Part shown: positions 39,837-49,497 of the stretch, piece by piece | Position numbering within the stretch: position 1 is the first letter of the stretch | Layout of the letters: each line of letters starts with the position of its first letter | Source of the DNA: Candidatus Binatia bacterium | GTDB taxonomy: Bacteria; Desulfobacterota; Binatia; Bin18 | Assembly: GCA_963666315.2 (NCBI GenBank) | Contig: CAXXHG010000024.1 | Coordinates: forward strand, 64,001 to 128,000 | Length of the DNA: 64,000 nucleotides | Direction of reading: 5' to 3' | Made by a program: the position numbers and the translations under genes | Notes under the pieces: model-generated | Databases searched by the model: none | Told to the model about the DNA's origin: nothing | Seen by the model: only the letters and a program-made list of their open reading frames with translations

Positions 39837-40399
39837 GCTGTCCTCCTTTGTTCGTGTGCAGCGACTGGTGTGAGGTCTATATGAATATGTAAGTCATCTG
39901 CAATATGGTCCAGTCGTTCACGCAGGGTGGTCTCGTCAACGAGGCTCGGAACATCCAGTGTGATCCGCATATTATAGATCACTGTCCCGCTCCCAGGCTC
40001 GGGCTGGGCGGTGGTATGCATTTGAACGATATTAGCCCCGTGTTCGGCTAAGCAGCGGGCGACACGGGCTACGATGCCGGCTTTATCGACACCGGTCGCC
40101 AGCAGCTCATAGTGCAGCGTATCTTGACCGGCTCCGTAGCGCAGGGGCTCTTCTTCGAGTGGCCGAAAGAAGACAGTCAGGCGTTTCTCCCATTCGAGCC
40201 GCTTGCAGGCTGTGGACAGGCGCTGGTCGCTATCCAGACTCTGGCCTGACAGCAGCAGCAGAACGGCAAATTCTCCGCCGAGTATGGTCATGCTAGAGTC
40301 TTCGAGATTGCAGTCGCATTCGTAAATGAGCTCGGACAAGTCCGCCACAATGCCGGGCCGATCTCGACCGATTGCAGACAGCGCGAACCAGTGTTTCAT
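39833..40399 (-). CDS. GcvR-like double ACT-domain protein
   Basis: AIGRDRPGIVA...NLEDSSMT.LGGEF; second ACT domain GVDKAGIV. Confidence 0.85.
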   Translation of the reverse strand: MKHWFALSAIGRDRPGIVADLSELIYECDCNLEDSSMTILGGEFAVLLLLSGQSLDSDQRLSTACKRLEWEKRLTVFFRPLEEEPLRYGAGQDTLHYELLATGVDKAGIVARVARCLAEHGANIVQMHTTAQPEPGSGTVIYNMRITLDVPSLVDETTLRERLDHIADDLHIHIDLTPVAAHEQRRTA

Positions 40400-40423
40400 C
40401 GGGATGCCTCGTTTGTCTATTCT

Positions 40424-41212
40424 CTAAGCGCGTTTGGCTTTCAGTGTTTCTACGAGCTGACGCAAGATGGGTCCGGACGAGCCACGCAGACTGACCGTAC
40501 ACAGCGGAGTCAACTCACTTTCGTATAAATTGACTTCGATGAGGCTGCCGCCTTTGTCGCGAACGGCCATGGGAAACGCTGCGGCCGGATACACGGTGGC
40601 TGATGTTCCGGCCACGATCATGCAGTCGCAAAATTGTGTTTCGCTATAACATTTCTCTATCGCGTCTTGTGGAATGGGTTCGCCAAAAGAAACAGTATCG
40701 CTTTTGAGGATGCCTGTGCACTTGGGACATTCCGGTGGGAGCTTGTGCAGCGGCACTTCTGCACCTGGAAAACGAGAATTGCATTCGATACAGCGCACGA
40801 GCGTATAATTGCCGTGGATTTCGATGAGATTCTGACTCCCAGCCCGACGGTGCAAGTTGTCGACATTCTGGGTAATCATGCTACGCAAGATGCCCATATT
40901 CTCCAAGTCAACAAATGCGCGATGCCCGTCATTCGGTTCTGCCGTTCCGATCGTTTGCCATATTTCTTTGCTTGGCCCTGACGGAGACAGGCGCTCTTCC
41001 CAGGCTTTCTTGGGATCTTGCAAAAAGATCTCGTAACCGTTCATGGGAGGTTCGCCGTATTTCGTCCACAGCCCACCCGGACCACGAAAGGGCGGGATGC
41101 CGCTTTCAACCGAGATGCCAGCACCGGTCATGGCCATGACATAATTGGCCGAGAGCAGTAGCCGAGCGGCTTCTTCGATGGCTTCTTGTTGTCCTGTTTC
41201 TACTTCCGCCAT
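40424..41212 (-). CDS. cobB: NAD-dependent protein deacylase (sirtuin)
   Basis: TGAGISVESGIPPFRG, ITQNVDNLH, EIHG, CxxC...CxxC and GTSATVYPAA motifs. Confidence 0.93.
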   Translation of the reverse strand: MAEVETGQQEAIEEAARLLLSANYVMAMTGAGISVESGIPPFRGPGGLWTKYGEPPMNGYEIFLQDPKKAWEERLSPSGPSKEIWQTIGTAEPNDGHRAFVDLENMGILRSMITQNVDNLHRRAGSQNLIEIHGNYTLVRCIECNSRFPGAEVPLHKLPPECPKCTGILKSDTVSFGEPIPQDAIEKCYSETQFCDCMIVAGTSATVYPAAAFPMAVRDKGGSLIEVNLYESELTPLCTVSLRGSSGPILRQLVETLKAKRA

Positions 41213-41386
41213 AGATATCCCTCTTTTTTTTGGGTCTATTCCCTCACTACTATCTTCTTCGCCACCAGTCCCCACTGGTCCCCTCGCCCTGTGGGAGAGG
41301 GTGCGGCCACAGAGTGGACGCGGGTGAAGGTTCTTCCTTGTCTTAACAACCAAAGTCCGAGTAAATCACAAAGAGAACACGCCCAC

Positions 41387-42145
41387 TCATTTCCCCTGCC
41401 ACTGCGGATCCCGTTTCTCGGCAAAGGCCAGCGCGCCTTCGCGTGCATCCTCAGTCTCTTGCAGCTCACTATACAGCTTACGCTCCAATTTAAGCCCTTC
41501 TTCGAGGGAGACATCCAAACCGCGTAAGGCAGCTTGTTTGATATGCTGAACGGCAAGCGGCGCGCTTTTGCAGATCTGTTGCGCAATCTCTTCACACTTA
41601 GGCATCAGCTCGCTCATGGGAACGAGGTGATCGACCAGACCCAAACGGTAGGCTTCTTGGGCTGAAATGCGCGCACCTGTGTAGAGGAGTTCCAATGCCT
41701 GCCCGAGAGGAATAATGCGCGGCAGACGCTGGGTCCCGCCTGCGCCTGGCAGCCAGCCTAGACGCACTTCGCCAAAGCCGAACTGCGCGTGCTCGGCGGC
41801 AACACGAATGTCGCAGGCCAAGGCTTGTTCCAGGCCGCCGCCGTTGGCGTGGCCGTTAATGGCGGCGATGATGGGTTTGTATAAATCGAACAGAACAGGG
41901 AAGAGGTTGTTGCTCTCGTCTGCCGGACGATTGACATAATTGGCCTTGATATCACTGCCGGCGCTAAACGCTCGTTCGCCCGTTCCGGTCAGAATACCGA
42001 CCCGTAGGCTGGAATCATCTCGAAATTCCTTCCAGATGTCGGCCAGCATATTATAGGTTTCATAGTCACAGGCGTTGAGGCGTTCTGGGCGGTTCATGGT
42101 AACATAGGCGATGTGGCCTTTTTTCTCAAAGAGGACTTTCGACAT
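41387..42145 (-). CDS. Enoyl-CoA hydratase/isomerase family
   Basis: MNRPERLNA, FSAGSDI, GGGLE, EVRLG..PGAGGTQRLPR motifs. Confidence 0.93.
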   Translation of the reverse strand: MSKVLFEKKGHIAYVTMNRPERLNACDYETYNMLADIWKEFRDDSSLRVGILTGTGERAFSAGSDIKANYVNRPADESNNLFPVLFDLYKPIIAAINGHANGGGLEQALACDIRVAAEHAQFGFGEVRLGWLPGAGGTQRLPRIIPLGQALELLYTGARISAQEAYRLGLVDHLVPMSELMPKCEEIAQQICKSAPLAVQHIKQAALRGLDVSLEEGLKLERKLYSELQETEDAREGALAFAEKRDPQWQGK

Positions 42146-42245
42146 ACTTCTCCTCCCTTGGTAAGCAAAATAAACGGCTTGCTGCTCGCCGTCAGCTATC
42201 AGGTGAGACCCGGAGAAGGCAAGGGTTCAGTTTGTTAAGGAGTCC

Positions 42246-42277
42246 CGTAGGTCAGATTAGCGCAGCGTAATCCGACA
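42246..42277 (+). repeat. GTAG-type REP element
   Basis: CGTAG-GTCAGATTA-GCGCAGCG-TAATCCGAC. Confidence 0.65.
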
Positions 42278-42495
42278 CTTCCTGTGGTAGCGAGAATCAA
42301 AGCTCGCCAGGAGCTCGTTTTTATACTCCATTTGGGTCTTTCAATCGACGAGTAACCTGTTCTTTTCAATATGTCACTTCTCAGATTTCAACTGCGGTGG
42401 CGACTAAGCAAGCTCGTCTTTCCTGAGCGACACTGGATCTTCGGACTTTGCTGAATGTGATTTGGATGTTGCCCCTAGTGCACGACGCCTGCTCC

Positions 42496-43641
42496 TTATT
42501 TTTGACTGAGACGGTCAAGAGCTTGGCCGAGGCGTTGGCGTTTGTGGTTGGTTTGCGAGGAGGAAGTAAACAGGTCGAGCTGGCTGACGGCCTGCTCGCC
42601 TTCCATATTGCTGGTGTAGATACCAGCCAAACGAACTGCGCGGGTTTTGCGCGGTACGGACTGAAAGAGCAGGGCGGCGACGCGGTAAATCTCTGAGGCG
42701 GCGTTTGTTGCTGCGGGCAGGCCGAGGCTGCGGGCGTACATGCGGAACTTCCCTCCCCCAAGACGTTTGGCAAGTTATATTTTGACCGTGATGGTTTTCG
42801 CGGCGAGTTCTCGTTTTCTGAGACGCCGGGCAACGTCTTGCGCTTGTTGCAAAAGAACAGCCTGAATTGTGTCATTATCCCGTAGGTCTCGGGCAAAGGT
42901 TTCTTCTTTACCGATGGACTTCACTGCACGCTGGGGGTTCACCGGCCGGTCATCAATCCCGCAGGCAAGCTCATAGAGACGTTGTCCGTGCGTACCAAAG
43001 CGAGACAGCCGTGTGTGCTGCGGAAACCGTGAGAGGTCGCCTATGGGTTTAATACCGAGGTCTTGGAGGCTTTTTGCTGTGACCTTTCCGGCTCCCCATA
43101 TTTTTGTCACGGGCAGGGGGTGCAGAAAATGGAGTATGTCGTGTGCTTGTACTTCAAACAAGCCATCAGGCTTGCGCATATCGCTAGCGATTTTGGCTAT
43201 AAACTTACTCGGACCAATACCCGCGGAGCCGGTCAGGCGTGTTTCTTGATGAATTCTATTTCTTATTTGCTGGGCGATCTCACGCGCCGAACCAAAGAGT
43301 TCATGACTATCGGTGACATCCAGAAAAGCTTCGTCAAGAGACACGGGCTCAACCAGTGGCGTGTATGAACGCAGGATGCGGAAGACGTGACGTGAGACGG
43401 CAAGATAGCGCTCGCGACGAGGCGGAACGATAATCGCCTGTGGACACAGTTTGCGCGCCTGGGCCATGGGCATAGCCGAATGCACCCCATGTGGCCGCGC
43501 TTCGTAAGAAGCCGTTGCGACGACCCCACGGGCGCTATCCCAACCAATAATGAGCGGCTTACCGCGGAGGTGAGGATGGTCTAACTGCTCAATCGCCGCG
43601 TAAAAGGCGTCCATGTCGAGATGGATAATAGCTCGATGCAT
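42496..43641 (-). pseudogene. dinB: DNA polymerase IV with nonsense lesions in the little-finger domain
   Basis: HLDMDAFYA, ASYEAR, SLDEAFLD and AKIASD.RKPDG motifs. In-frame TAA at 42775-42777 (TVKI*LAKRL) and further stops near 42496. Confidence 0.9.
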
Positions 43642-43666
43642 GCGCCCGTCCTTCGTTGGTACGTTT

Positions 43667-44533
43667 TTATTCAGGCTCGTTCGCAAGCGCTTCGGCTTGC
43701 TGCGCTTCTTGCTTCAATTGTTTTTCCGACTTAACCATGATGGCGCCGGTATCGGTCACACGCCGGGCCACCATGATAAAGCCCGTGTGGGCGACCATAC
43801 GATGTTCCGGTCGGATGGAAATGTCTTTGACGTGCCAAAAACGGAGCATATTCTCCATGACTTCTACACTCTCAAAGACGGGATCTGCGTGGAGGGCATC
43901 AACGAAAGATTTCACCTGCAGCACGGTGGGACTATAGCCGACTAACACGCCTCCTGGGCGCAGCACTGTACGTGCATGCGGCAGGACCTGCCACGGTTCG
44001 GGCAAGTCAATAAAAATTCGGTCGACGCTCCGGACGGGTAAACCACGGTAGGCATCCGTTTGGGCCAGCGTCCAATTCGGAGTCGGACCGACGAAGCGTT
44101 TGATGTTATTGCGTGCCATCTTGCAGTGGTCGGCGCGTATATCGACGGTGAGCAGGTGTCCGGCGGTTCCTATCGCTCGCAGCAGCGCCATGGTTAAGGC
44201 CCCTGGTCCCGATCCGATTTCCAGGACGCGCGCGCCGGGATAGACGTCGCCCCAGAGCAGCATAGGACCGACGTCTTTGGGGTAAATGACTTGGGCTTGA
44301 CGGGGGAGGTTGGGGATTAGGTGTGCGTAGGTTGGTCGCAAGATGCGAAATAGATCGCTTTGGCCAACTCGGATTGAACTGCCTTCCGGAAGCCCAATGA
44401 ACTGCTCCGCCGGGATATTTCCCCCGCGCAGAGCGATGACACTGCCAGGGCGTAAGGTCCGTAAATATTCGCGCTCTTTATGGTCGATGAAGAGCACGCT
44501 TTCGCCTGCTTGGATAGTTGCTCGATCGGTCAT
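43667..44533 (-). CDS. trmI: tRNA (adenine-58-N1)-methyltransferase
   Basis: RPT...LPRQAQVIYPKD, LEIGSGPGALT, DLPEPW and RPEHRMVAHTGF motifs. Confidence 0.92.
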   Translation of the reverse strand: MTDRATIQAGESVLFIDHKEREYLRTLRPGSVIALRGGNIPAEQFIGLPEGSSIRVGQSDLFRILRPTYAHLIPNLPRQAQVIYPKDVGPMLLWGDVYPGARVLEIGSGPGALTMALLRAIGTAGHLLTVDIRADHCKMARNNIKRFVGPTPNWTLAQTDAYRGLPVRSVDRIFIDLPEPWQVLPHARTVLRPGGVLVGYSPTVLQVKSFVDALHADPVFESVEVMENMLRFWHVKDISIRPEHRMVAHTGFIMVARRVTDTGAIMVKSEKQLKQEAQQAEALANEPE

Positions 44534-44607
44534 GACTGCCTTGACTGTCTGCAGAAAGGGGTCGCGTTGTCTGTGCTTTGGAGAGAGTGTGGTTTGGCCC
44601 AGAGCAG

Positions 44608-45594
44608 TTAATGGACTTCATGAAGATGTGGCTGCTCGGCTCGGTCGGTCTGCTTGGAGCTGTGGGCTTCGGGCTTTGAAGTTGACTGAGCTTGCTCATG
44701 TTTGCGCTCAACTTCGCTTACCAGACTGCAGAAAGAACACACCGGAGCGTAAGACGGCATGCCGCATTTTTCACACTCACGTGGCGGGCTGTCTTCAGGC
44801 ATGACAAACAATGACTGGGCCGAGTGTATGAATTTTTGGACAAGATTCCGTTTGCTTCCCGGCATCTTGGCGTCTATCCTGTTCATTATATCCTTGTAGA
44901 AAAGCTGCGTTGCGCCTGCGCTGTTGGGGCATTCTTCGATAATATAATCAATGCCCTGAAAGAAGGCGTAGGCTGCCGTTTCCAACTCGCTCAGACGATA
45001 CAGCGGCCGGACTTTTCGGACAAACTTGGGATGGCTGGGCTCAAGGACTGCTTTCTGTCGCGCCAGATATTCCGTCTGCCAATACAGGACATTGCCCAGT
45101 AGCCGTGCGGCTTCGTCGTCAAGATTATGACCGGTGGCAAGAACGTGAAACCCGCCGTCATGGGCCGCTTGGTCAAAGAAATGTCGCTTCATGGTGCCAC
45201 AGGCTGAACATGCCGGCCGGCGTGTGAACTGGGCCGCACGCGGTACCGGAACGGCTTCCTGCTCTAATTGGACGATACGCAAGTTGACCTGTCTCTTTTT
45301 GGCGAATGCTTCCGCTTTTTGCTGAGACTGAGACGAATATTCAGCAATACCGAGCGCCAGGTAGAATCCCTCAGTCTGATAGCCTTGCTCAATAAGAATA
45401 TCCCACAAAGCCAGGCTGTCCTTTCCGCCCGACACGGCGACGAGAATGCGTTCGTCCGGGGTGAACATTTTGTCCTGCCGAATCGTGCGTTCGACTTGGC
45501 GCTGGAAATAGATGAGAAAACAGGCGCGACAAAATGCTGCATTATGAGATCGCAGCGCAAGTTCGGCCCGTTCCCGGCAGCGGGTACACTTCAT
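44608..45594 (-). CDS. ttuA: TtuA/NcsA-type tRNA 2-thiolation enzyme
   Basis: N-terminal Zn finger, VAVSGGKDS, CSACG, ATGHNLDDEA, ECP and a C-terminal Zn finger. Confidence 0.88.
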   Translation of the reverse strand: MKCTRCRERAELALRSHNAAFCRACFLIYFQRQVERTIRQDKMFTPDERILVAVSGGKDSLALWDILIEQGYQTEGFYLALGIAEYSSQSQQKAEAFAKKRQVNLRIVQLEQEAVPVPRAAQFTRRPACSACGTMKRHFFDQAAHDGGFHVLATGHNLDDEAARLLGNVLYWQTEYLARQKAVLEPSHPKFVRKVRPLYRLSELETAAYAFFQGIDYIIEECPNSAGATQLFYKDIMNRIDAKMPGSKRNLVQKFIHSAQSLFVMPEDSPPRECEKCGMPSYAPVCSFCSLVSEVERKHEQAQSTSKPEAHSSKQTDRAEQPHLHEVH

Positions 45595-45788
45595 ACGCCC
45601 CCTGATATCACCGAGCGGATCTCGATAGTATCGTCTGCTTGGATACGCTCTTCTTCTGTCAAGAGACGCGTTCCGCGAATAACCATGACTGATTCGGGCA
45701 AGAGGTCGAGCTTCTTGAGCAGAATACTCACGATCATACTCCCCGAGAACGTAAGCATTTGATTTTGCGGGAGAAGTTTGACCTGCAT
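45591..45788 (-). CDS. ttuB: TtuB/ThiS-like sulfur carrier
   Basis: MQVKLLPQ...DDTIEIRSVISGGV; overlaps the ttuA start. Confidence 0.8.
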   Translation of the reverse strand: MQVKLLPQNQMLTFSGSMIVSILLKKLDLLPESVMVIRGTRLLTEEERIQADDTIEIRSVISGGV

Positions 45789-45830
45789 GATGCCGACAGT
45801 ACCACGCGGAGCATGGACCGACAAGAACCC

Positions 45831-45896
45831 TTGACAGTCGGATAAGCTATCCCCTATTCTACAGACAGCCGCCGGCAGTCGCCGGCTATTTTTTAT
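45831..45896 (+). promoter_or_regulatory. Sigma70 promoter plus leader hairpin and T-tract
   Basis: TTGACA-N18-TATTCT, then GCCGGC-AGTC-GCCGGC-TATTTTTT. Confidence 0.55.
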
Positions 45897-45925
45897 AGCA
45901 ACCGAGTATTTCGGAGGATTATGAT

Positions 45926-46096
45926 ATGGCAGGAAAGGCAAGAACTGCGCAGAAAGGTAAAGCCGGAGGAGCAGTGAAGCGCGAATGTCGGACTTGCGGT
46001 GCTGATAGTCGGGTGGTTCAATTCGCCGGATTCGGTAAAAAAGGGTTCTACTGGGTGTGTGAGAAAAATGTCGAGCATGCGGTGAAAACACACTAA
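45926..46096 (+). CDS. 56-aa basic zinc-finger microprotein (below ORF-track cutoff)
   Basis: GGAGG RBS; MAGKARTAQKGKAGGAVKRECRTCGADSRVVQFAGFGKKGFYWVCEKNVEHAVKTH. Confidence 0.7.
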   Translation: MAGKARTAQKGKAGGAVKRECRTCGADSRVVQFAGFGKKGFYWVCEKNVEHAVKTH

Positions 46097-46111
46097 TTCG
46101 GGAGTGAATGA

Positions 46112-46471
46112 ATGCCGCGGGCGAAAAAGACAAACAAAGGGAAAAAAGAGTTTGGTCTGTTTGATGAGGATGAAAGCGGGGAGGGTATAAACGAGGAAGA
46201 CTTACCCAAAGATACCGCAGGTCGATTAAAGATTAAACGGCGGTATGAAGAGCTGCTCGGGATCCGCACTATGAAACTGCGCGGCCGGGTACTCAATCGT
46301 GAGCGCATCAATAAGACGATTGAAGGCATTTATTTTGTCTGTGCCGAATGCGCCAAGGTGTGCCACAGCTTAGACGAGGGGATCGTGGAAGATCCTGACA
46401 ATATTGAGAACATGTGCTCAGAGGAACATCGTAAACAGTGTCAACATGGAAAAGCCGAGATAGCCATATAG
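46112..46471 (+). CDS. Hypothetical Cys/His-rich protein
   Basis: CAECAKVCH...CSEEHRKQC; follows the microprotein. Confidence 0.65.
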   Translation: MPRAKKTNKGKKEFGLFDEDESGEGINEEDLPKDTAGRLKIKRRYEELLGIRTMKLRGRVLNRERINKTIEGIYFVCAECAKVCHSLDEGIVEDPDNIENMCSEEHRKQCQHGKAEIAI

Positions 46472-46572
46472 TCTCGGCATAATCTCAGGATAGTCTCAGC
46501 GAACGGGGAATCTTCCCTGTGCCGACGCTCAGAAGTTCCGATCTCCCGTCAAAGAACTTTCCCTTTTCTCAG

Positions 46573-47475
46573 TTAGTCAGCCCGAAGGGAGCGAAAAATT
46601 TGAGGCAGCGGGCTGACTATGCGTATCTGGCGCACCTGCTGCATCGAGATGGGGTGACGGAATCCTATGACATGTGCGTGGAGATGGAGGGCGTCTTTCT
46701 GGACGCGACTCCCGTACAGCCTGTCTCCCCAAATGGGATGTCCCAGGGCTGAGAGATGGGCGCGAATTTGATGCCGCACGCCCGTTTCTATAACGATCTG
46801 AACCAGCGTCCAGTCTGCTCCAGATCGCAACGAGACATAGGTCGTGCGGGCTTCCTGTGCCGCAGTGTTTTGTACGACCTGCATTTGCCGGCGGTGTGGT
46901 CCTCGGGGAGCTAGGAAAAAACGAAAGGCGCCCGTGGGCTGGAAATGACCTTCGACCACAGCACGATATTCTTTATACACACTGCGCTGGTTAAATTGGG
47001 TGCGTAGGTGGGTGTAAGCGACAGATGTTCGGGCGGCTATTAGTACGCCTGAGGTATCCGTGTCGAGTCGGTGGAGCAAGCCTGCTTCGCGCCGAGCTGA
47101 GCCCACGCTCAGCGTCTCTGGAAAGCGCGCAGCCAGAAAGTTCGCGATAGTCATGGTCTCAGAGTGGCGTAGGGCGAGGCTGGGCATGCCTGCAGGCTTG
47201 TCTATAGCGACGAACGCGTCATCGGCAAACAGGACAGCCAGATCAAGCTTGGGGTTGGGGGCAAGTCCGGTGTGCAGATGCGCGCCGACGATATCGCCCC
47301 GAGTCAGGCGTCGGCCTTTGCGTGCCGGGTAACCGTTTACAAAGACGGTCTTCAGCGCAATGAGTTCAGACAGTTCGCGACGAGAAAGGGAGGGCAGGCG
47401 GGTGGCGAGAAAACGGTCCAGGCGGATATCTGTTTCCGCTTGAGAGACGCCCCATTCGAAGTGTTGGATGTCCAC
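46573..47475 (-). CDS. RluA/RluD-family pseudouridine synthase
   Basis: S4 domain RLDRFL, DKPAGM, LHRLDTDTSG, TGVRHQIRAH and LHLHA motifs. Confidence 0.93.
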   Translation of the reverse strand: MDIQHFEWGVSQAETDIRLDRFLATRLPSLSRRELSELIALKTVFVNGYPARKGRRLTRGDIVGAHLHTGLAPNPKLDLAVLFADDAFVAIDKPAGMPSLALRHSETMTIANFLAARFPETLSVGSARREAGLLHRLDTDTSGVLIAARTSVAYTHLRTQFNQRSVYKEYRAVVEGHFQPTGAFRFFLAPRGPHRRQMQVVQNTAAQEARTTYVSLRSGADWTLVQIVIETGVRHQIRAHLSALGHPIWGDRLYGSRVQKDALHLHAHVIGFRHPISMQQVRQIRIVSPLPQIFRSLRAD

Positions 47476-47795
47476 TGAATTACCTGATTCATTCCCTGAA
47501 TTATCTGATTAATTCTCAGACCAGGCGACCTTGATCCAGTCTAGTGTTCTTGTGATGCTGTCGCGAAAAATGGGCTGGTCGCCAAGACTCAGCTCCCAGA
47601 ATATGTTCTGTGCGCGATGTAGGAGAAGTTCCCTCAGCTTGCCTTCTGTCTGTATCTTGCTCATAGGAAGGGATTATACTAGCAAGGAGAAAAGGGTGAC
47701 AAGTAGAAAGACACGCGTAGCTCGGAATCTCTGGTTATGGAGTAGGGTCATATGATCAACCCTCAGATGGAGTAGGCGTGATGAGGACACACCAG

Positions 47796-48602
47796 ATGCA
47801 ACGCCATATTCTAAATCGGCTCTTATCTCTTTCCTTCCATGTTGTCCTCGCCGGTCTCTTGTGGTGCGTCGTCTGGACCATGCCCAGCGCTGCATGCGCT
47901 GAGGAGCTGCTTCAGGTGCAGGTGCGCCACGTCGGGTTTGATAGGCAGGCGAATTCACCCGTTGTCATTCTTGTAGATGCGGACCAGGCGCGCTTTCTGC
48001 CTATCTGGATCGGCCCCTTTGAAGCGCGGGCCATTGCTATGGAACTTGAAGGTGTCCCCGCTCCGCGGCCGCTCACCCATGACTTAATAAAAAATATCCT
48101 TGAGCAGGTGGGCGTCCAGTTTCAAAAGATCGTGGTGAGTGCGCTCAGGGAGAATACGTATTATGCACGCATCCACCTGACGTCAGCAGACGGACAGGTC
48201 GAGATTGATAGCCGCCCGAGTGATGCGATTGCTCTCGCCCTCAGATTCGGCCGGCCGATTTTTGTTGCGCCAGGCATATTTGAGGAAGCAGGCGCAGCGC
48301 ACCCGACTTCCCCACGACCCCTCAGTGCCAAGGTGGGGGGCGTTGAGGTGCAGAATCTGACGGCTGAACTGGCTGACTATTTCCATCTCCCGAATGCCGA
48401 CGGCGTGCTGGTTACGGACTCTGCGCACCGGCGGGGAGAACTCCAACGCGGTGATATCATCCTTGCGCTAGACGGCGAACCGATGCGTAATGTCTCGGAC
48501 TTTCGGAAGAGAATGCAGAGCGAAGATCGGACCGTACGGCTGCTGGTGCGACGCGCGGGTCGTGATGTCGGCATAAAGCTGACTCCGCAGGATGGGAAGT
48601 GA
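47796..48602 (+). CDS. DUF151 bifunctional-nuclease domain with N-terminal signal/TM and C-terminal PDZ
   Basis: LPIWIGPFEARAIA, RPLTHDL and IDSRPSDAIALALR, then GVEVQNLT..LA..F...GVLV...LQRGDIILALDG (DegP-like PDZ). Confidence 0.85.
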   Translation: MQRHILNRLLSLSFHVVLAGLLWCVVWTMPSAACAEELLQVQVRHVGFDRQANSPVVILVDADQARFLPIWIGPFEARAIAMELEGVPAPRPLTHDLIKNILEQVGVQFQKIVVSALRENTYYARIHLTSADGQVEIDSRPSDAIALALRFGRPIFVAPGIFEEAGAAHPTSPRPLSAKVGGVEVQNLTAELADYFHLPNADGVLVTDSAHRRGELQRGDIILALDGEPMRNVSDFRKRMQSEDRTVRLLVRRAGRDVGIKLTPQDGK

Positions 48603-48637
48603 TGAGCAGTAATGAAAAATGAGGGAGAGGAGAGCCC

Positions 48638-49045
48638 ATGAGTGTACTAGAGGAGAAGGATGCCATTCGAGACTTGATGACGCGTTACTGTCTAGCGATA
48701 GACGCCGGTCGCGATGAGGAATGGGCGCAGTGCTTCACCGAAGATGGTATTTTTAACAGCCCCATTCTCGGCAAGTTTCAAGGCTGGGATGCCCTGCGGG
48801 CGTTTACGACAAAATATCGTGAATGGACAGGGAATGCGCAGCCGCGGCACTGTGTAATGAATATTTTAATCGAAGTCCAGGGCCAGACTGCCACTGCCGA
48901 GAGCTATCTCCTCCTAACACACGCGGCAGAGGGAAAAACTGAACTCATCATCTCTTGCCGGTATGAAGATCGAATCGAAAAAGTCGGCGACCAGTGGCGG
49001 TTTAAGGAGCGCAAAGTCTGTCCAGATACCAGCCTTGCGGGATGA
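48638..49045 (+). CDS. SnoaL_4/NTF2-like protein
   Basis: EEKDAIRDLMTRYC.AID...FTEDG...RYEDR.EK....WRFKER. Confidence 0.88.
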   Translation: MSVLEEKDAIRDLMTRYCLAIDAGRDEEWAQCFTEDGIFNSPILGKFQGWDALRAFTTKYREWTGNAQPRHCVMNILIEVQGQTATAESYLLLTHAAEGKTELIISCRYEDRIEKVGDQWRFKERKVCPDTSLAG

Positions 49046-49325
49046 CGGGCGAGGGCGTAGCGAAACGAGGGGACACCGTTTCCCGTTATGGATTTGCCCA
49101 ATTCATCGGGACTCGCCCCCCTTCCAAAACAGGAGTATGCGATATAAGACCGGCCACATGGAGGGGTGGCCGAGTGGTCGATGGCGCCGGTCTTGAAAAT
49201 CGAAATTCGCTATTTCGGCAAGCCGCCGTTATTGTTGCTAAATGTTTGATTAGACAGGGGAAACACGGCGTATCTCTCTCTTCATAGTCCTCCCCAGTCC
49301 TCTCCATTCCCCCCGAATCCCCGTG

Positions 49326-49349
49326 AAAGTCCCGCGAATTTTCACAACA
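49326..49349 (+). repeat. Putative integrase arm-type site (22/24 match to 53507-53530)
   Basis: AAAGTCCCGCGAATTTTCACAACA versus AAAGTCCCGCGATTTCTCACAACA, one near each end of the element. Confidence 0.7.
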
Positions 49350-49497
49350 GGCAGGGGGCGGAAAATCGTGTGAGCTTGCCGCAACTACGCCCGCCGACCA
49401 ACCGCGAGGGTTGTAGCAAGGGGAAGGGCGTAAGACTCACCTTTTTGCTTGCTCTGTGGCTGACGCAGTGGAGCCCGCAACGGACCGCTCCTCCTGC

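Noticed and set aside
46340-46367. c-type heme-binding motif in CAECAKVCH
   Set aside because: The spacing is CxxxCH, not CxxCH, and there is no export signal; zinc binding is more likely.
49160-49202. Second tRNA-Ser gene
   Set aside because: Identity ends after the anticodon arm, with no T arm or acceptor 3' strand; it is an att copy.
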